Shown: positions 1-9,354 of the stretch, piece after piece
Numbering within the stretch: the stretch's first letter is position 1
Layout: each line of letters begins with the position of its first letter
DNA from: Peptostreptococcaceae bacterium
GTDB lineage: Bacteria; Bacillota; Clostridia; Peptostreptococcales; BM714
Length of the DNA stretch: 64,000 nucleotides
Assembly (NCBI GenBank): GCA_016649995.1
Contig: JAENWJ010000002.1
Coordinates: 4,014 to 68,013, forward strand
Direction of reading: 5' to 3'
The notes under the pieces: model-generated
Database searches by the model: none
Told to the model about the DNA's origin: nothing
Seen by the model: only the letters and a program-made list of their open reading frames with translations
Made by a program: the position numbers and the translations under genes

Positions 1-42
1 ATTCTGATTTTTGATGTGTAATCAGATTTAATTTCATGGTAC

Positions 43-72
43 ATAATACCATGTGACACAAAATAATGTCAA
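43..72 (-). promoter_or_regulatory. putative sigma-A promoter just downstream of pilC, reading out of the window start
   Basis: Minus strand reads TTGACA (72..67), an 18 nt spacer, then TGgTATTAT (extended -10, hexamer at 48..43). An ATG at 37 sits about 6 nt after the -10 and opens MKLNLITHQKSE..., so the next gene may be leaderless. That gene is truncated by the window edge. Confidence 0.3.
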
Positions 73-75
73 GTG

Positions 76-1287
76 TTATTGCCCTACATATTGGTACATG
101 TCAAACATTGGCGTTATGACTGCTAGAATAATCATACCTACTACAAGGGCAAGCACTACGATGATCATGGGTTCGAGCATTGTTGTCATTTTTTCGACGG
201 CGGAATCCACTTCCTCATCGTAAAAATCCGCGGTCTTTGAAAGCATGGTATCTATTGAACCGGATTCTTCCCCAACTTTTATCATGGAGATGAGCACCAT
301 AGGAAAAACATTCAAGTCGCTAAGGGGACCGGCTATTCCGCCTCCTTTTCTTATGCTATCCATTGACTGGTTGATGCCTTTGGATATGACGGCATTGCCG
401 ATGACCTTTTGCACTATTTCCATAGCTTCTATTATGTTGATACCGCTGACTAAAAGGCTTGCCAGTGTTCTTGAAAATCGGCTGGTGGCAACCTTGCTGT
501 TGACATCCCCGAAAATCGGAATTTTGAGTTTCAGGTAATCAATTTTATAACGGCCTTTTTCTGTTTTGCCATATTTTTTAAATGTATATATCATGAAAAT
601 AATGGTTCCCAGCAGCAAATACCAGTAATTTCTAAAAATCGAACTGACTCCTAAAAGAATGCGTGTGGGGAGGGGCAATTGCGCACCAAATCCTGTAAAC
701 ATGTCTACGAAACTGGGAAGGACATAGGTGATTAAAAAAAAGATAACGCAAAGAGCCACCAGACTGACAATAATGGGATAAAGCATGGCATTTTTAACCT
801 TGCTTTGCAGTTTGGTCTCCTTTTCGAAATGATCGGCCATTCGGCCCATTACCATATCCAGCTGTCCGGATATTTCACCGGTTTCAACCATGTATACCAA
901 TATATCGGGAAAAACATCGGATTGCTTCTTCATCGAGCGGGATAAAATACTCCCCTTTTGCACCTCTTCAAATACAAATTCTATGGCGGACTTGAGTCTC
1001 TTATTGGAGGTTTGTTTCTTCAGAAGATCCAAGGACTCTACAAGAGGGATTCCTGCATCAAGCATGGCATAGAATTGCCGGCAAAAAAAGGAAAGATCCT
1101 TGGATTTCACTTTTTCCACGAATGAAAGGTTTATTGTCAAATCCCTTTTGCTTTCAGGATTGATTTTAATTGGATATATATTCTGCTTCCTAATCAATTG
1201 CAGCGCGTTTTCAGAGGAGGTTGCAGTAATGGTTCCATTAATAGTCTCTCCGGACAAATTTCTTCCCGTGTAGTTGTAATTAGACAT
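76..1287 (-). CDS. pilC: type IV pilus / T2SS platform protein (GspF/PilC family)
   Basis: 403 aa with a duplicated GspF-type domain and three hydrophobic TM segments. SD AAGGAG lies 8 nt before the ATG. It directly follows the pilB and pilT ATPase genes. Confidence 0.85.
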   Translation of the reverse strand: MSNYNYTGRNLSGETINGTITATSSENALQLIRKQNIYPIKINPESKRDLTINLSFVEKVKSKDLSFFCRQFYAMLDAGIPLVESLDLLKKQTSNKRLKSAIEFVFEEVQKGSILSRSMKKQSDVFPDILVYMVETGEISGQLDMVMGRMADHFEKETKLQSKVKNAMLYPIIVSLVALCVIFFLITYVLPSFVDMFTGFGAQLPLPTRILLGVSSIFRNYWYLLLGTIIFMIYTFKKYGKTEKGRYKIDYLKLKIPIFGDVNSKVATSRFSRTLASLLVSGINIIEAMEIVQKVIGNAVISKGINQSMDSIRKGGGIAGPLSDLNVFPMVLISMIKVGEESGSIDTMLSKTADFYDEEVDSAVEKMTTMLEPMIIVVLALVVGMIILAVITPMFDMYQYVGQ

Positions 1288-1299
1288 AGCAACATCTCC

Positions 1300-2349
1300 T
1301 TATCTGTATATATTAAAGGAATTCTTTTCGATGCAGTGGGACAAGGCTTCATCATAAGAAATCAAATTTTTCTTATAAAGGCTAACGATATAGTTGTCCA
1401 TGCTGATCATACCGTCGGCGCTTCCGGTCTGTATGCTGCTCATGATTTGGTGGGTCTTGCCCTCTCTGATATTGTTGCGAACGGCTTTGTTTCCAATCAT
1501 TATCTCACAGGCTACAACACGGCCGTGATTGTCTGCGTATTTAAGCAATTGCTGAGAGATTACTCCGTTAAGAACATTTGCCAATTGCACCTTGATCTGT
1601 TGTTGCTGTGGTGATGGGAACACATCGATGATACGCTCCACGGTTGATGCGGCACCGTTTGTATGGAGGCTGGAAAGTACCAGATGTCCGGTTTCAGCTG
1701 CTGTTATGGCAATCTGAATTGTTTCAAGGTCGCGCATCTCGCCTACGAGTATGATATCGGGATCCTGCCTGAGAGCCCCCCTTAAGGCATTAGAGAACGA
1801 TAGGCTGTCGGTTCCTATCTCCCTTTGGTCGATTATGCTGCTTTTGTGTTTGTGTAAGAATTCTATAGGGTCTTCCAATGTGATGATATGCGCTGTTTTA
1901 TGGCTATTTATATAGCTGATCATGGAGGCCAGAGTAGATGATTTTCCCGAACCCGTAGGCCCTGTAACAAGGAAAAGTCCCCTATCCATCATTGCCATGT
2001 CTTTCAATATTTCCGGAAGCATAAGGTCTTCCAATTTTGGAGTTTCAAGGGGTATCGGCCTTATGGCGATTGAAATACTGCCCCGCTGTTTGTAGGCATT
2101 TATGCGAAATCGTCCTCTGGTTTGAAGAGAATATGAAAAATCAATCTCCCCTTTTTCTTCGAATATCTCCTTCTGAGCATCACTTAAAAGACTCATGGCT
2201 ATTGACTTTGTGTCATCGGGTTTCAACCTTTCAAAAGAATCCAGTTTCACCAAGTTCCCGTTAATTCTTAGTATAGGAGGAACGCCTACCGTTAAATGAA
2301 TATCCGAAGCGTTCTTTGCAAAAGCTTCACCAAATAATTTTTCAATCAT
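1300..2349 (-). CDS. pilT: twitching-motility retraction ATPase PilT
   Basis: Walker A GPTGSGKSS, Asp/His boxes and the PilT signature AVRNNIREGK (canonical AIRNLIRE). I prefer the ATG at 2349, which has AGGAGG 9 nt upstream, over the TTG at 2358 used in the ORF track. Confidence 0.85.
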   Translation of the reverse strand: MIEKLFGEAFAKNASDIHLTVGVPPILRINGNLVKLDSFERLKPDDTKSIAMSLLSDAQKEIFEEKGEIDFSYSLQTRGRFRINAYKQRGSISIAIRPIPLETPKLEDLMLPEILKDMAMMDRGLFLVTGPTGSGKSSTLASMISYINSHKTAHIITLEDPIEFLHKHKSSIIDQREIGTDSLSFSNALRGALRQDPDIILVGEMRDLETIQIAITAAETGHLVLSSLHTNGAASTVERIIDVFPSPQQQQIKVQLANVLNGVISQQLLKYADNHGRVVACEIMIGNKAVRNNIREGKTHQIMSSIQTGSADGMISMDNYIVSLYKKNLISYDEALSHCIEKNSFNIYR

Positions 2350-2354
2350 GTAAA

Positions 2355-4061
2355 TCAACCTCCTATGGAATATGCTACTTTAGTGTATTCTTCAATAGTT
2401 GTAATGCCTTCTAAAACGAGTTCCTTCGCGTTTTTACTGAGGGTGGTCATTCCTGCGGATATGGCATAGTCTTTTATATTGTCGTTGCTGTCTTTTTTAA
2501 TAATCATATTTCTAATATTTCGGTCAATAAGCATAATTTCGTGAATAGCTGTACGACCTTTATACCCTGTTTCAGAACAATAGGAACATCCCTTGCCCCT
2601 ATAAAGATCTATTTTACTCTCCGGCGGAAGTCCGAGTATTTCCAATTCAGCAGAATCTGCAGTGTGAGATTCTTTGCAGCTTGGGCATATTATCTTTACA
2701 AGGCGTTGCGCAATTACTCCTGATACCGAAGATGCTACAAGATAGGGCGCTATGCCCATATCCACAAGCCTGTCTATTGTGGCAGGTGCACTATTGGTGT
2801 GAAGTGTAGAAAGAACCAAGTGTCCTGTTATAGCGGCTCTGATGGCAATTTCTGCCGTTTCCGAGTCGCGAATCTCTCCCACCATTATTATATCAGGGTC
2901 CTGCCTTAACATCGCCCTGAGGCCGGTTGCGAAAAATAGTCCGGCTTTTGTATTGACCTGCATCTGACTGATGCCTTCAAGCTTGTATTCTACAGGATCC
3001 TCGATAGTTAGGATATTTCTTTTAGGGTCATTCATTTCTCTTAAAATTGTGTAGAGGGTTGTGCTCTTTCCGCTGCCAGTTGGTCCAGTCAATAAGATTA
3101 TGCCATTGCTGGATCGTATTAAGGTATTGAATAATTCCAAGTTGCTTTTGCTGAAGCCAAGGTCTGATTTATCTTTAAGGAAACCTGTACGGTCCAGTAT
3201 CCGCATTACTACTTTTTCACCGAAAATAGTCGGAATTGTAGATATGCGAAAGTCGAATTCCTGACTATTCAAATTAATTTCAATCCGTCCGTCTTGAGGA
3301 ATACGTCTTTCGGCTATATTCATGTTTGCCATTATTTTGATTCTGGCAACAATTGCGCCATGTGTCTGCTTAGCAGGTTTCATAACATCTCGAAGGTCTC
3401 CGTCAACCCGATAACGGATACGCAAGAAATTTTCTCCCGGTTCTATATGTATGTCGCTGGCCTTCTGCTGGACAGCTTGAAGCATAATTGAATTGACTAA
3501 TCTAACTATGGGGGCATTATTGATTTCATTAAGAAGATTTTTATTAACTTCTTCTTCTTCATCATTTACTGTGTTTTCTAATTTAAAATCCGCAACGGCT
3601 TTTTCAACATTCTTATTGCCATAATGCTTCCCTATGGCGTTTAGTATGTCTGAATCACTGGCGATTACCGGCTTGATTTTCAAACGGCTCATTTTTTTAA
3701 GGTCTTCAATTACAACAATATTGAAGGGATCGCTCATAGCGACTGTAAGTTCCTCATTTGACATATTAATCGGAATCAGTTTGTTTTCCCTCGCAAAGCT
3801 TTCACTAATGAGATTTGGAACCTTTGGTTCTATGAAGTAGCGTTCAAGGTCGATGAAAGGGATGTCTAATTGGTACTCTAGAACATCGGCTATGTCTTTG
3901 TCCTTTATATATTTCAATTCAACTAAAATTTGTCCGATTTTTTTACCGCTTGTCTTTTGGATTTGCAGAGCTTTTTCTAATTCTTCTTTATTTATTTTCC
4001 CGATTTGTAAAAAAAACTCACCTAAACGAATATTCTTATTTATCAATGTTATAACCCCCAT
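2355..4061 (-). CDS. pilB: type IV pilus assembly ATPase PilB (GspE family) with an N-terminal MshEN-like domain
   Basis: 568 aa with a T2SSE_N-type N-terminus, Walker A GPTGSGKST and the tetracysteine CPSC...CSYC zinc motif. The ATG at 4061 has no SD. A TTG at 4046 preceded by GGGGG is an alternative start. Confidence 0.85.
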   Translation of the reverse strand: MGVITLINKNIRLGEFFLQIGKINKEELEKALQIQKTSGKKIGQILVELKYIKDKDIADVLEYQLDIPFIDLERYFIEPKVPNLISESFARENKLIPINMSNEELTVAMSDPFNIVVIEDLKKMSRLKIKPVIASDSDILNAIGKHYGNKNVEKAVADFKLENTVNDEEEEVNKNLLNEINNAPIVRLVNSIMLQAVQQKASDIHIEPGENFLRIRYRVDGDLRDVMKPAKQTHGAIVARIKIMANMNIAERRIPQDGRIEINLNSQEFDFRISTIPTIFGEKVVMRILDRTGFLKDKSDLGFSKSNLELFNTLIRSSNGIILLTGPTGSGKSTTLYTILREMNDPKRNILTIEDPVEYKLEGISQMQVNTKAGLFFATGLRAMLRQDPDIIMVGEIRDSETAEIAIRAAITGHLVLSTLHTNSAPATIDRLVDMGIAPYLVASSVSGVIAQRLVKIICPSCKESHTADSAELEILGLPPESKIDLYRGKGCSYCSETGYKGRTAIHEIMLIDRNIRNMIIKKDSNDNIKDYAISAGMTTLSKNAKELVLEGITTIEEYTKVAYSIGG

Positions 4062-4079
4062 AAACGCTCAATTTATTAT

Positions 4080-4107
4080 ATTATGGCACATTTTTTACGA
4101 ATTGCAA
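4080..4107 (-). promoter_or_regulatory. putative promoter of the pilB-pilT-pilC operon
   Basis: Minus strand reads TTGCAA (4107..4102), a 16 nt spacer, then CATAAT (4085..4080), with an overlapping TATAAT 5 nt further downstream. It lies inside the 3' remnant of udk. Confidence 0.35.
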
Positions 4108-4124
4108 ATTAATGGCAAATATTT

Positions 4125-4318
4125 CTATTCTGATACGTTTTGAACTATAGAGCGGACCTTAGCTGCCATTATGCCAATGGCCACCTTATTATAGCCTCCT
4201 TCAGGGATTATGATAATGAGTATGTTTTTTCGGGCAGGGATTTAAAGATGGCTTTTGCAACAGTGCTTTTACCGGAACCTGTACCGCCTGTGATACCTAT
4301 AATTACAGGTCTTTTCAT
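4125..4318 (-). pseudogene. udk: uridine kinase remnant (internal deletion plus frameshift)
   Basis: The ATG at 4318 opens [31 protein letters not shown] (Udk P-loop N-terminus), which stops at 4208 after 36 aa. A one-base frame shift at the T6/A6 run (4225..4230) reads [32 protein letters not shown]. That matches the Udk C-terminus pattern ADIIIPEGGxNxVAIDxxxxKI. The roughly 140 central residues are missing. The position after the U32 peptidase gene matches B. subtilis yrrO-udk. Confidence 0.65.
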
Positions 4319-4319
4319 T

Positions 4320-5552
4320 TTAGCCTTCCTTTCTTAACTTTCGAAGGATGTCAAATGCCTTCACTGGCTGACTCGTACTCATATAAAATTCCCCTTTGGG
4401 GTGAGGCGCATCCATGACAGGGTTCATATTTTCATCATAGAGCTCGGTAACAGTTTGTTTAAAGGATTGGAATCCGGGACTCATTATTTCTATTTCGTCT
4501 CCAATGACGAACTTATTGCGTTGCTCGATTTTCGCAATGCCATTGCCGAAATTGTAGTCTTTAACAACTCCGATGAAGTCATACGATCTTTCATATGATG
4601 CAGTGTCGTAAATCTGAGCATTTCCATCGGGTCTTCCACTAAAAAAACCTCTTTCGTATTTTCGGTGGCTCGATTTGTTAAGCTCTTCAATCCATTTTTC
4701 ATCGAATGTATATCTGTATGGATCTTCGTAGTAACTGTCTATCGCCGCTCTGTATGCTCTTACAGTATTCGCCACATAGTAAAGACTCTTCATTCTTCCC
4801 TCTATTTTAAGGCTTCTCACTCCCGATTCAATAATTTCTTTCAGGTCTCCAATAAGGCAAAGATCCTTCGAATTAAAAAAATATGTCCCATTTTCATCCT
4901 CTACAACGGGAAAGTATTCTCCTGGCCGCTTTTCTTCCATGAGTTGGTATTTCCATCTGCATGGATGTGCGCATTCTCCTCTGTTTGCATCGCGATTAGC
5001 GAGGTAATTGCTTAGTAGGCATCGTCCCGAATAGGATATGCACATTGCTCCGTGAACGAACATCTCAAACCCAAGAGATGACGGACTCTTGTCTATGGTT
5101 TCCTTTATTTCATTAAAGGACAATTCCCTCGCAAGCACCACACGCGGCAGTCCCTGGCTGTGCCAAAAACCTGCAGTTAGGTAATTTGTCGTATTTGCCT
5201 GTGTGCTTAGATGTATTTCCATTCCCGGATTGTGCTCTCTGATGTAAGCAATGGTTCCCGGGTCTGAAACAATGACAGCATCCGCCTTCATTTTCTCCAA
5301 TGCAGAAAGGTATCCCTGCAAATCGTTTAAATCTTCATTGTGCGGGATTATGTTAAGTGTTACGTACACTCTTTTGCCTCTTTCATGGGCAAATTCTATG
5401 CCCTCCTTCATTTCTTCAAATGAAAAATTCTTGGCGGACGCTCTTAGACCAAATGTTTGCCCTCCAATATATACTGCATCGGCTCCGTATATAAATGCAA
5501 ACTTAAGCTTCTCGAGGTCTCCGGCAGGCGCCAGCAGTTCAACCCTATCCAT
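4320..5552 (-). CDS. U32 family peptidase (YrrO/TrhP-like, tRNA U34 hydroxylation factor)
   Basis: 410 aa with a typical U32 N-terminus ([11 protein letters not shown]...YIGG) and the [10 protein letters not shown] / ECAHPCRW cysteine motifs. Synteny mltG-yrrM-yrrO-udk as in B. subtilis. Confidence 0.85.
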   Translation of the reverse strand: MDRVELLAPAGDLEKLKFAFIYGADAVYIGGQTFGLRASAKNFSFEEMKEGIEFAHERGKRVYVTLNIIPHNEDLNDLQGYLSALEKMKADAVIVSDPGTIAYIREHNPGMEIHLSTQANTTNYLTAGFWHSQGLPRVVLARELSFNEIKETIDKSPSSLGFEMFVHGAMCISYSGRCLLSNYLANRDANRGECAHPCRWKYQLMEEKRPGEYFPVVEDENGTYFFNSKDLCLIGDLKEIIESGVRSLKIEGRMKSLYYVANTVRAYRAAIDSYYEDPYRYTFDEKWIEELNKSSHRKYERGFFSGRPDGNAQIYDTASYERSYDFIGVVKDYNFGNGIAKIEQRNKFVIGDEIEIMSPGFQSFKQTVTELYDENMNPVMDAPHPKGEFYMSTSQPVKAFDILRKLRKEG

Positions 5553-5553
5553 A

Positions 5554-6201
5554 TTATTTCTCCTTTGTGTAATGGGAAACAGCCAGTCCGTCCCCTACGG
5601 GAATAAGTGTCGTAGTAAGCAGTGGATGATTGCAAATATATTCAATATAGCCTCTCATTCCTCTTACCATAGTTCTGTTCTTGCGAATATTCATGTCGTA
5701 GTTAATCGTAAGTCCATTCATGAGTATGTTGTCAGAAAGAACAATTCCACCCTGATTTAATAATGGAAATGCCTCGTCAAAATAGCTTTTGTAATGGCTC
5801 TTGCCGGCATCAATAAATATCATGTCGAATGGTCCCCTTACTTTTGAAATGCAGTCTAACGCGTCGCCTTCAATAAGATCAATGCCGCTGTACCCAAGAC
5901 GCTTGAAGTTCTGCGCGGCCTCTATTGCAGAGTCATGCCTTTTTTCAATTGTTGTTATTGTTCCATTTTTCATTGTTTCATAAAAAAGCGAAGTAGAGTA
6001 CCCTATTGCGGTACCTATTTCCAAAATTGATTTTGTGTTTGAAGTGCGAATAAGAAGCCTAATCAAGTCCGCTGTTTCCTTTTGTATTACAGGTATGCTG
6101 CGTTCTATGGCATTTTTCCGCATTTCCTCTATCTCCGGTCTGTAATTCAGGTGCCTTGTAAGCAATTCTACAAGCCCTTCCGGATTGATATTGTTGTTCA
6201 T
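5554..6201 (-). CDS. trmR: class I SAM-dependent O-methyltransferase (YrrM/TrmR-like)
   Basis: 215 aa of the caffeoyl-CoA O-methyltransferase type, with SAM motif ILEIGTAIGYS and the FIDAGK motif. It sits between mltG and the U32 peptidase gene, like B. subtilis yrrM. Confidence 0.7.
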   Translation of the reverse strand: MNNNINPEGLVELLTRHLNYRPEIEEMRKNAIERSIPVIQKETADLIRLLIRTSNTKSILEIGTAIGYSTSLFYETMKNGTITTIEKRHDSAIEAAQNFKRLGYSGIDLIEGDALDCISKVRGPFDMIFIDAGKSHYKSYFDEAFPLLNQGGIVLSDNILMNGLTINYDMNIRKNRTMVRGMRGYIEYICNHPLLTTTLIPVGDGLAVSHYTKEK

Positions 6202-6205
6202 TTAA

Positions 6206-7207
6206 TCAGTCCTTATATCTGGCCTGAGCCGCTAGATGTTCTTCGTATGTCTTTGAAAACACATGTCTGCCTTCGCTGTCTCCGGGTATCGCAAAGAAAA
6301 AATAATATTCGTGTTCTTCCGGGTAAAGAGCTGCTCTTATGGAATCCTCACCCGGAGAAGCTATCGGTCCCGGAGGAAGCCCTTTGTTTCTATAGGTATT
6401 GTACGGAGACTCAATGGCAGTATCTTCATAAGACAGTGTTTCTTTCCATTCTCCAATTGCATATTGAACTGTTGCGCATGATTCCAACCGCATGTTTCTT
6501 TTTATTCGATTAACAAAAACCCCCGAAATCGTTTTTCTCTCATCCGGATATCTTGCTTCCCTTTCTATTATGGAAGCCAAGGTAATAGCCTCATTAATCG
6601 ACATTCCCGTTTCAGACAGTCGGCTTTCATATTCATCGTTAAAAATATCATCGAAGCGGTTTAAAAAAATCTCTACGATTTTTCGGGGCTCATATGAATA
6701 GGGAATATCATATGTGTCCGGAAACAGAAACCCCTCAAGTGTATCGTTCTCTATGGTATCAAGAAACGAATAGCTGTAGAGCGATGGATCCATGGCCATT
6801 ATCAATTCTTCCTCTTCAGCAAGGCCTTTTGAAACAAGCAGATCGATTATCTGCCTCATTTCATACCCCTCAGGTATTGTTGTCCTGGCGGCTTCCGTAT
6901 ATGTGTTTCCACGGCTCAGCTCCGAAATTATCTCATCGTAACCCATGTCTTGCTTTAATGTGTATCTGCCGGCCTTTATATCGTTCTCAAGGCCGCTTCT
7001 TTTTATCAGCACCAAAAAAAGATTGCTACTTCGAATCAATTCGGACTCACGCAGTATTTCGGCAATTTTTCTGCTGCTGCTTCCCTTAGGTATTTCTAAT
7101 TCTATTTCCATCGGATTGTCCGAATCATAAGGTCTATAGATGGCGTATACTGCAACAAGCCCTGCGAAAACAATAAAGATGCACAAACCAAGAATCATTT
7201 TTTTCAT
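6206..7207 (-). CDS. mltG: endolytic murein transglycosylase MltG (YceG family)
   Basis: 333 aa with one N-terminal TM helix, a LysM-like segment and the YceG domain (EGFLFPDTY, IIEREA motifs). Confidence 0.85.
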   Translation of the reverse strand: MKKMILGLCIFIVFAGLVAVYAIYRPYDSDNPMEIELEIPKGSSSRKIAEILRESELIRSSNLFLVLIKRSGLENDIKAGRYTLKQDMGYDEIISELSRGNTYTEAARTTIPEGYEMRQIIDLLVSKGLAEEEELIMAMDPSLYSYSFLDTIENDTLEGFLFPDTYDIPYSYEPRKIVEIFLNRFDDIFNDEYESRLSETGMSINEAITLASIIEREARYPDERKTISGVFVNRIKRNMRLESCATVQYAIGEWKETLSYEDTAIESPYNTYRNKGLPPGPIASPGEDSIRAALYPEEHEYYFFFAIPGDSEGRHVFSKTYEEHLAAQARYKD

Positions 7208-7274
7208 CTCGCGCTCCTTTTTTATTTACTGTTTAATATTATATAATTGCTGCAGCATTCTTGCAAGCACAAGT

Positions 7275-7304
7275 AAAACCCCGATTGTCAAACGACAACC
7301 GGGG
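7275..7304 (-). terminator. rho-independent terminator after the yheA-like gene
   Basis: Minus strand reads CCCCGGTTGTC-gttt-GACAATCGGGG (11 bp stem with one G.U pair) followed by TTTTAC. It lies 10 nt after the stop at 7316. Confidence 0.7.
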
Positions 7305-7315
7305 CAATTTAAATA

Positions 7316-7642
7316 TTAGATTTGCATTGCGTCTGCCAGTATCCTTGACATGTCATCGAGCATTTGGCGATAGCGGCTCTCCGCCTGCAAGTATTCTGAT
7401 CCGAGTGGATCCTTTGACAGAACTCCATACAAAGAATTTAGAGTTTCAATTTCATTATCGTCGGGTTCATTACCGCCAATTATTGACATCTGCATTTCGG
7501 ATTCTCTTTTTTGAAAATCTTCAAAAGCATTTTTGAGGCCCTCGCTCGCGTCTAATTTTTCTTTTGCGGCAATGTAATCAGTGTACTCATCCGAATTCTT
7601 GATAGCCTTTGCTAAATTATGCGCCGAATCGTATACATTCAC
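7316..7642 (-). CDS. YlbF/YheA (Com_YlbF, UPF0342) family protein
   Basis: 108 aa, all-helical. The N-terminus MNVYDSAHNLAKAIKNSDEYTDY... resembles B. subtilis YheA ([23 protein letters not shown]...). Confidence 0.6.
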   Translation of the reverse strand: MNVYDSAHNLAKAIKNSDEYTDYIAAKEKLDASEGLKNAFEDFQKRESEMQMSIIGGNEPDDNEIETLNSLYGVLSKDPLGSEYLQAESRYRQMLDDMSRILADAMQI

Positions 7643-7654
7643 TGCATAGCCCCC

Positions 7655-9340
7655 TTAAATTTCCGTAATAATGGGAAGAATCATTGGATTGCGTTTTGTT
7701 TTGTTATAAAGATGCTTGCCAAGCGAATCCCTTATCGCAGATTTAAGCGTTGACCATTCCTTGGTGTTTTTACTTAAACAATCTTCCAAGGCATCGGATA
7801 CCACTTTGCGCGAACCGTCCATAAGATCCTCTGACTCCCTGACATAAACAAAGCCTCTTGAAATGATGTCAGGTCCCGAAATAATCTTATTTTCTTTTTT
7901 AGAAAGGGTTACTACGACAACCATAAGTCCATCTTCAGAAAGAACCTTTCTATCCTTCAGTACGATATTCCCTACATCTCCCACTCCCAGTCCGTCAACC
8001 AGTATAATGCCGCTGGGCACGGTTTCTGTCATGGATGCAAAATCCTTGTTGATTTCTATTACATTTCCATTTTTACCAATGAAAATATTGTTCTCGGACA
8101 TGCCGAGTTCCTCTGCAAGTTTAGCGTGGCGCGCCAAATGGCGATATTCGCCATGCACAGGTATGAAGTATTTGGGCTTGACCAGTGAATGAATCAATTT
8201 CAACTCTTCCTGGCAGGCGTGACCCGAAACGTGAATATCATCAAGCGTGTCTTCGTATATTATATCCACGCCTTTTTCATAAAGCAGATTGATGATGTTT
8301 GAGATTGTTTTCTCGTTTCCAGGAATCGCCGAAGAAGACATTATTACCGTGTCTCCTTTTTGAAGAGTCATTTGGCGATGTTCGGCGTTTGCCATTCGAA
8401 CGAGCGCCGACATCGGTTCTCCCTGGCTGCCGGTTGTTGCCACAACAATTTCATTGTCGGGGTATCTGCTTATGTCATTAATATTTATTTGTATTCCTTC
8501 CGGAATGTTTATATATCCGAGTTCCGTGGCTACTTTCACCATATTGACCATGCTTCTTCCGGAAAATGCAATTTTTCTATTGCACAAGGCAGCCGCGTTC
8601 ACTATCTGCTGCAGCCTGTGCACATTCGAAGAGAATGATGCTACGATTATGCGTTTTTCGGCACTTGCGAATAACCTGTCGAAGGTTTTGCCCACTTTTT
8701 TCTCGGACATGGTATAGCCGGGTCTTTCAACATTTGTACTGTCGGCCATAAGAGCAAGAACGCCCGAGCTCCCAATTTCAGCAAAGCGGTTCAAGTCTAT
8801 GGCGTCTCCGTCGATTGGTGTGAAGTCGATTTTAAAGTCTCCCGTATGGATAATCTTGCCGACCGGGGTGTTTATCAAAAGGCCTACTGCGTCAGGAATG
8901 CTGTGGCCGACCCTAATAAGCTCAACTTTGAACCTGCCTAGCGTTATTATATCTCCAGCTTTTCTGACATGTGTTTTAACTTTTTTGTCCAGTTTGTGTT
9001 CCCTAAGCTTATTTGCAACAAGACCGATTGTCAAATTAGTTCCGTAAATCGGGACATTGATTTTTTTTAGAAAAAATGGCAATCCTCCTATATGGTCTTC
9101 ATGGCCATGGGTCAATACAATTCCCTTTATTTTATCCTTATTGTTTTCAAGATAGGTGACATCCGGTATCACCAAGTCGATTCCCAGCATTTCGTTATCG
9201 GGAAAAGCAAGTCCGCAATCGACAATAACAATTTCATCCTTGTATTCAAAGACTGTCATATTTTTGCCGATTTCATTCAATCCGCCTAATGGGATTATTT
9301 TAAGATTGTTCTTTGGTTTGTTTCCTGTCATAGTATTCAT
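7655..9340 (-). CDS. rnj: ribonuclease J
   Basis: 561 aa with the metallo-beta-lactamase motif HGHEDHIGG, a beta-CASP domain and the RNase J C-terminal domain. Confidence 0.9.
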   Translation of the reverse strand: MNTMTGNKPKNNLKIIPLGGLNEIGKNMTVFEYKDEIVIVDCGLAFPDNEMLGIDLVIPDVTYLENNKDKIKGIVLTHGHEDHIGGLPFFLKKINVPIYGTNLTIGLVANKLREHKLDKKVKTHVRKAGDIITLGRFKVELIRVGHSIPDAVGLLINTPVGKIIHTGDFKIDFTPIDGDAIDLNRFAEIGSSGVLALMADSTNVERPGYTMSEKKVGKTFDRLFASAEKRIIVASFSSNVHRLQQIVNAAALCNRKIAFSGRSMVNMVKVATELGYINIPEGIQININDISRYPDNEIVVATTGSQGEPMSALVRMANAEHRQMTLQKGDTVIMSSSAIPGNEKTISNIINLLYEKGVDIIYEDTLDDIHVSGHACQEELKLIHSLVKPKYFIPVHGEYRHLARHAKLAEELGMSENNIFIGKNGNVIEINKDFASMTETVPSGIILVDGLGVGDVGNIVLKDRKVLSEDGLMVVVVTLSKKENKIISGPDIISRGFVYVRESEDLMDGSRKVVSDALEDCLSKNTKEWSTLKSAIRDSLGKHLYNKTKRNPMILPIITEI

Positions 9341-9354
9341 TATTTCACTCCTAA

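Noticed and set aside
4062-4318. Idea that the type IV pilus locus inserted into udk and truncated it (a horizontally acquired island).
   Set aside because: The udk C-terminus and stop codon are still present at 4125..4220, upstream of the pil promoter region. The damage is therefore an internal deletion plus a frameshift, not an insertion junction. No integrase, direct repeats or tRNA flank the site within the window.
4140-4337. 65-aa + strand ORF (TTG start) in the gap between pilB and the U32 peptidase gene.
   Set aside because: It is the antisense reading of the udk remnant. The minus strand carries the Udk P-loop and C-terminal signatures, so the + frame is coincidental.
4490-4702. Short same-strand ORFs in alternative frames nested in real genes: 4490..4702, 5444..5635, 20595..20786, 34481..34684, 48042..48224 and 59696..59878. 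Also opposite-strand nested ORFs at 13335..13520 and 30399..30695.
   Set aside because: They are 60-98 aa, lie wholly inside conserved genes and have no SD or motif support. They are statistical ORFs.
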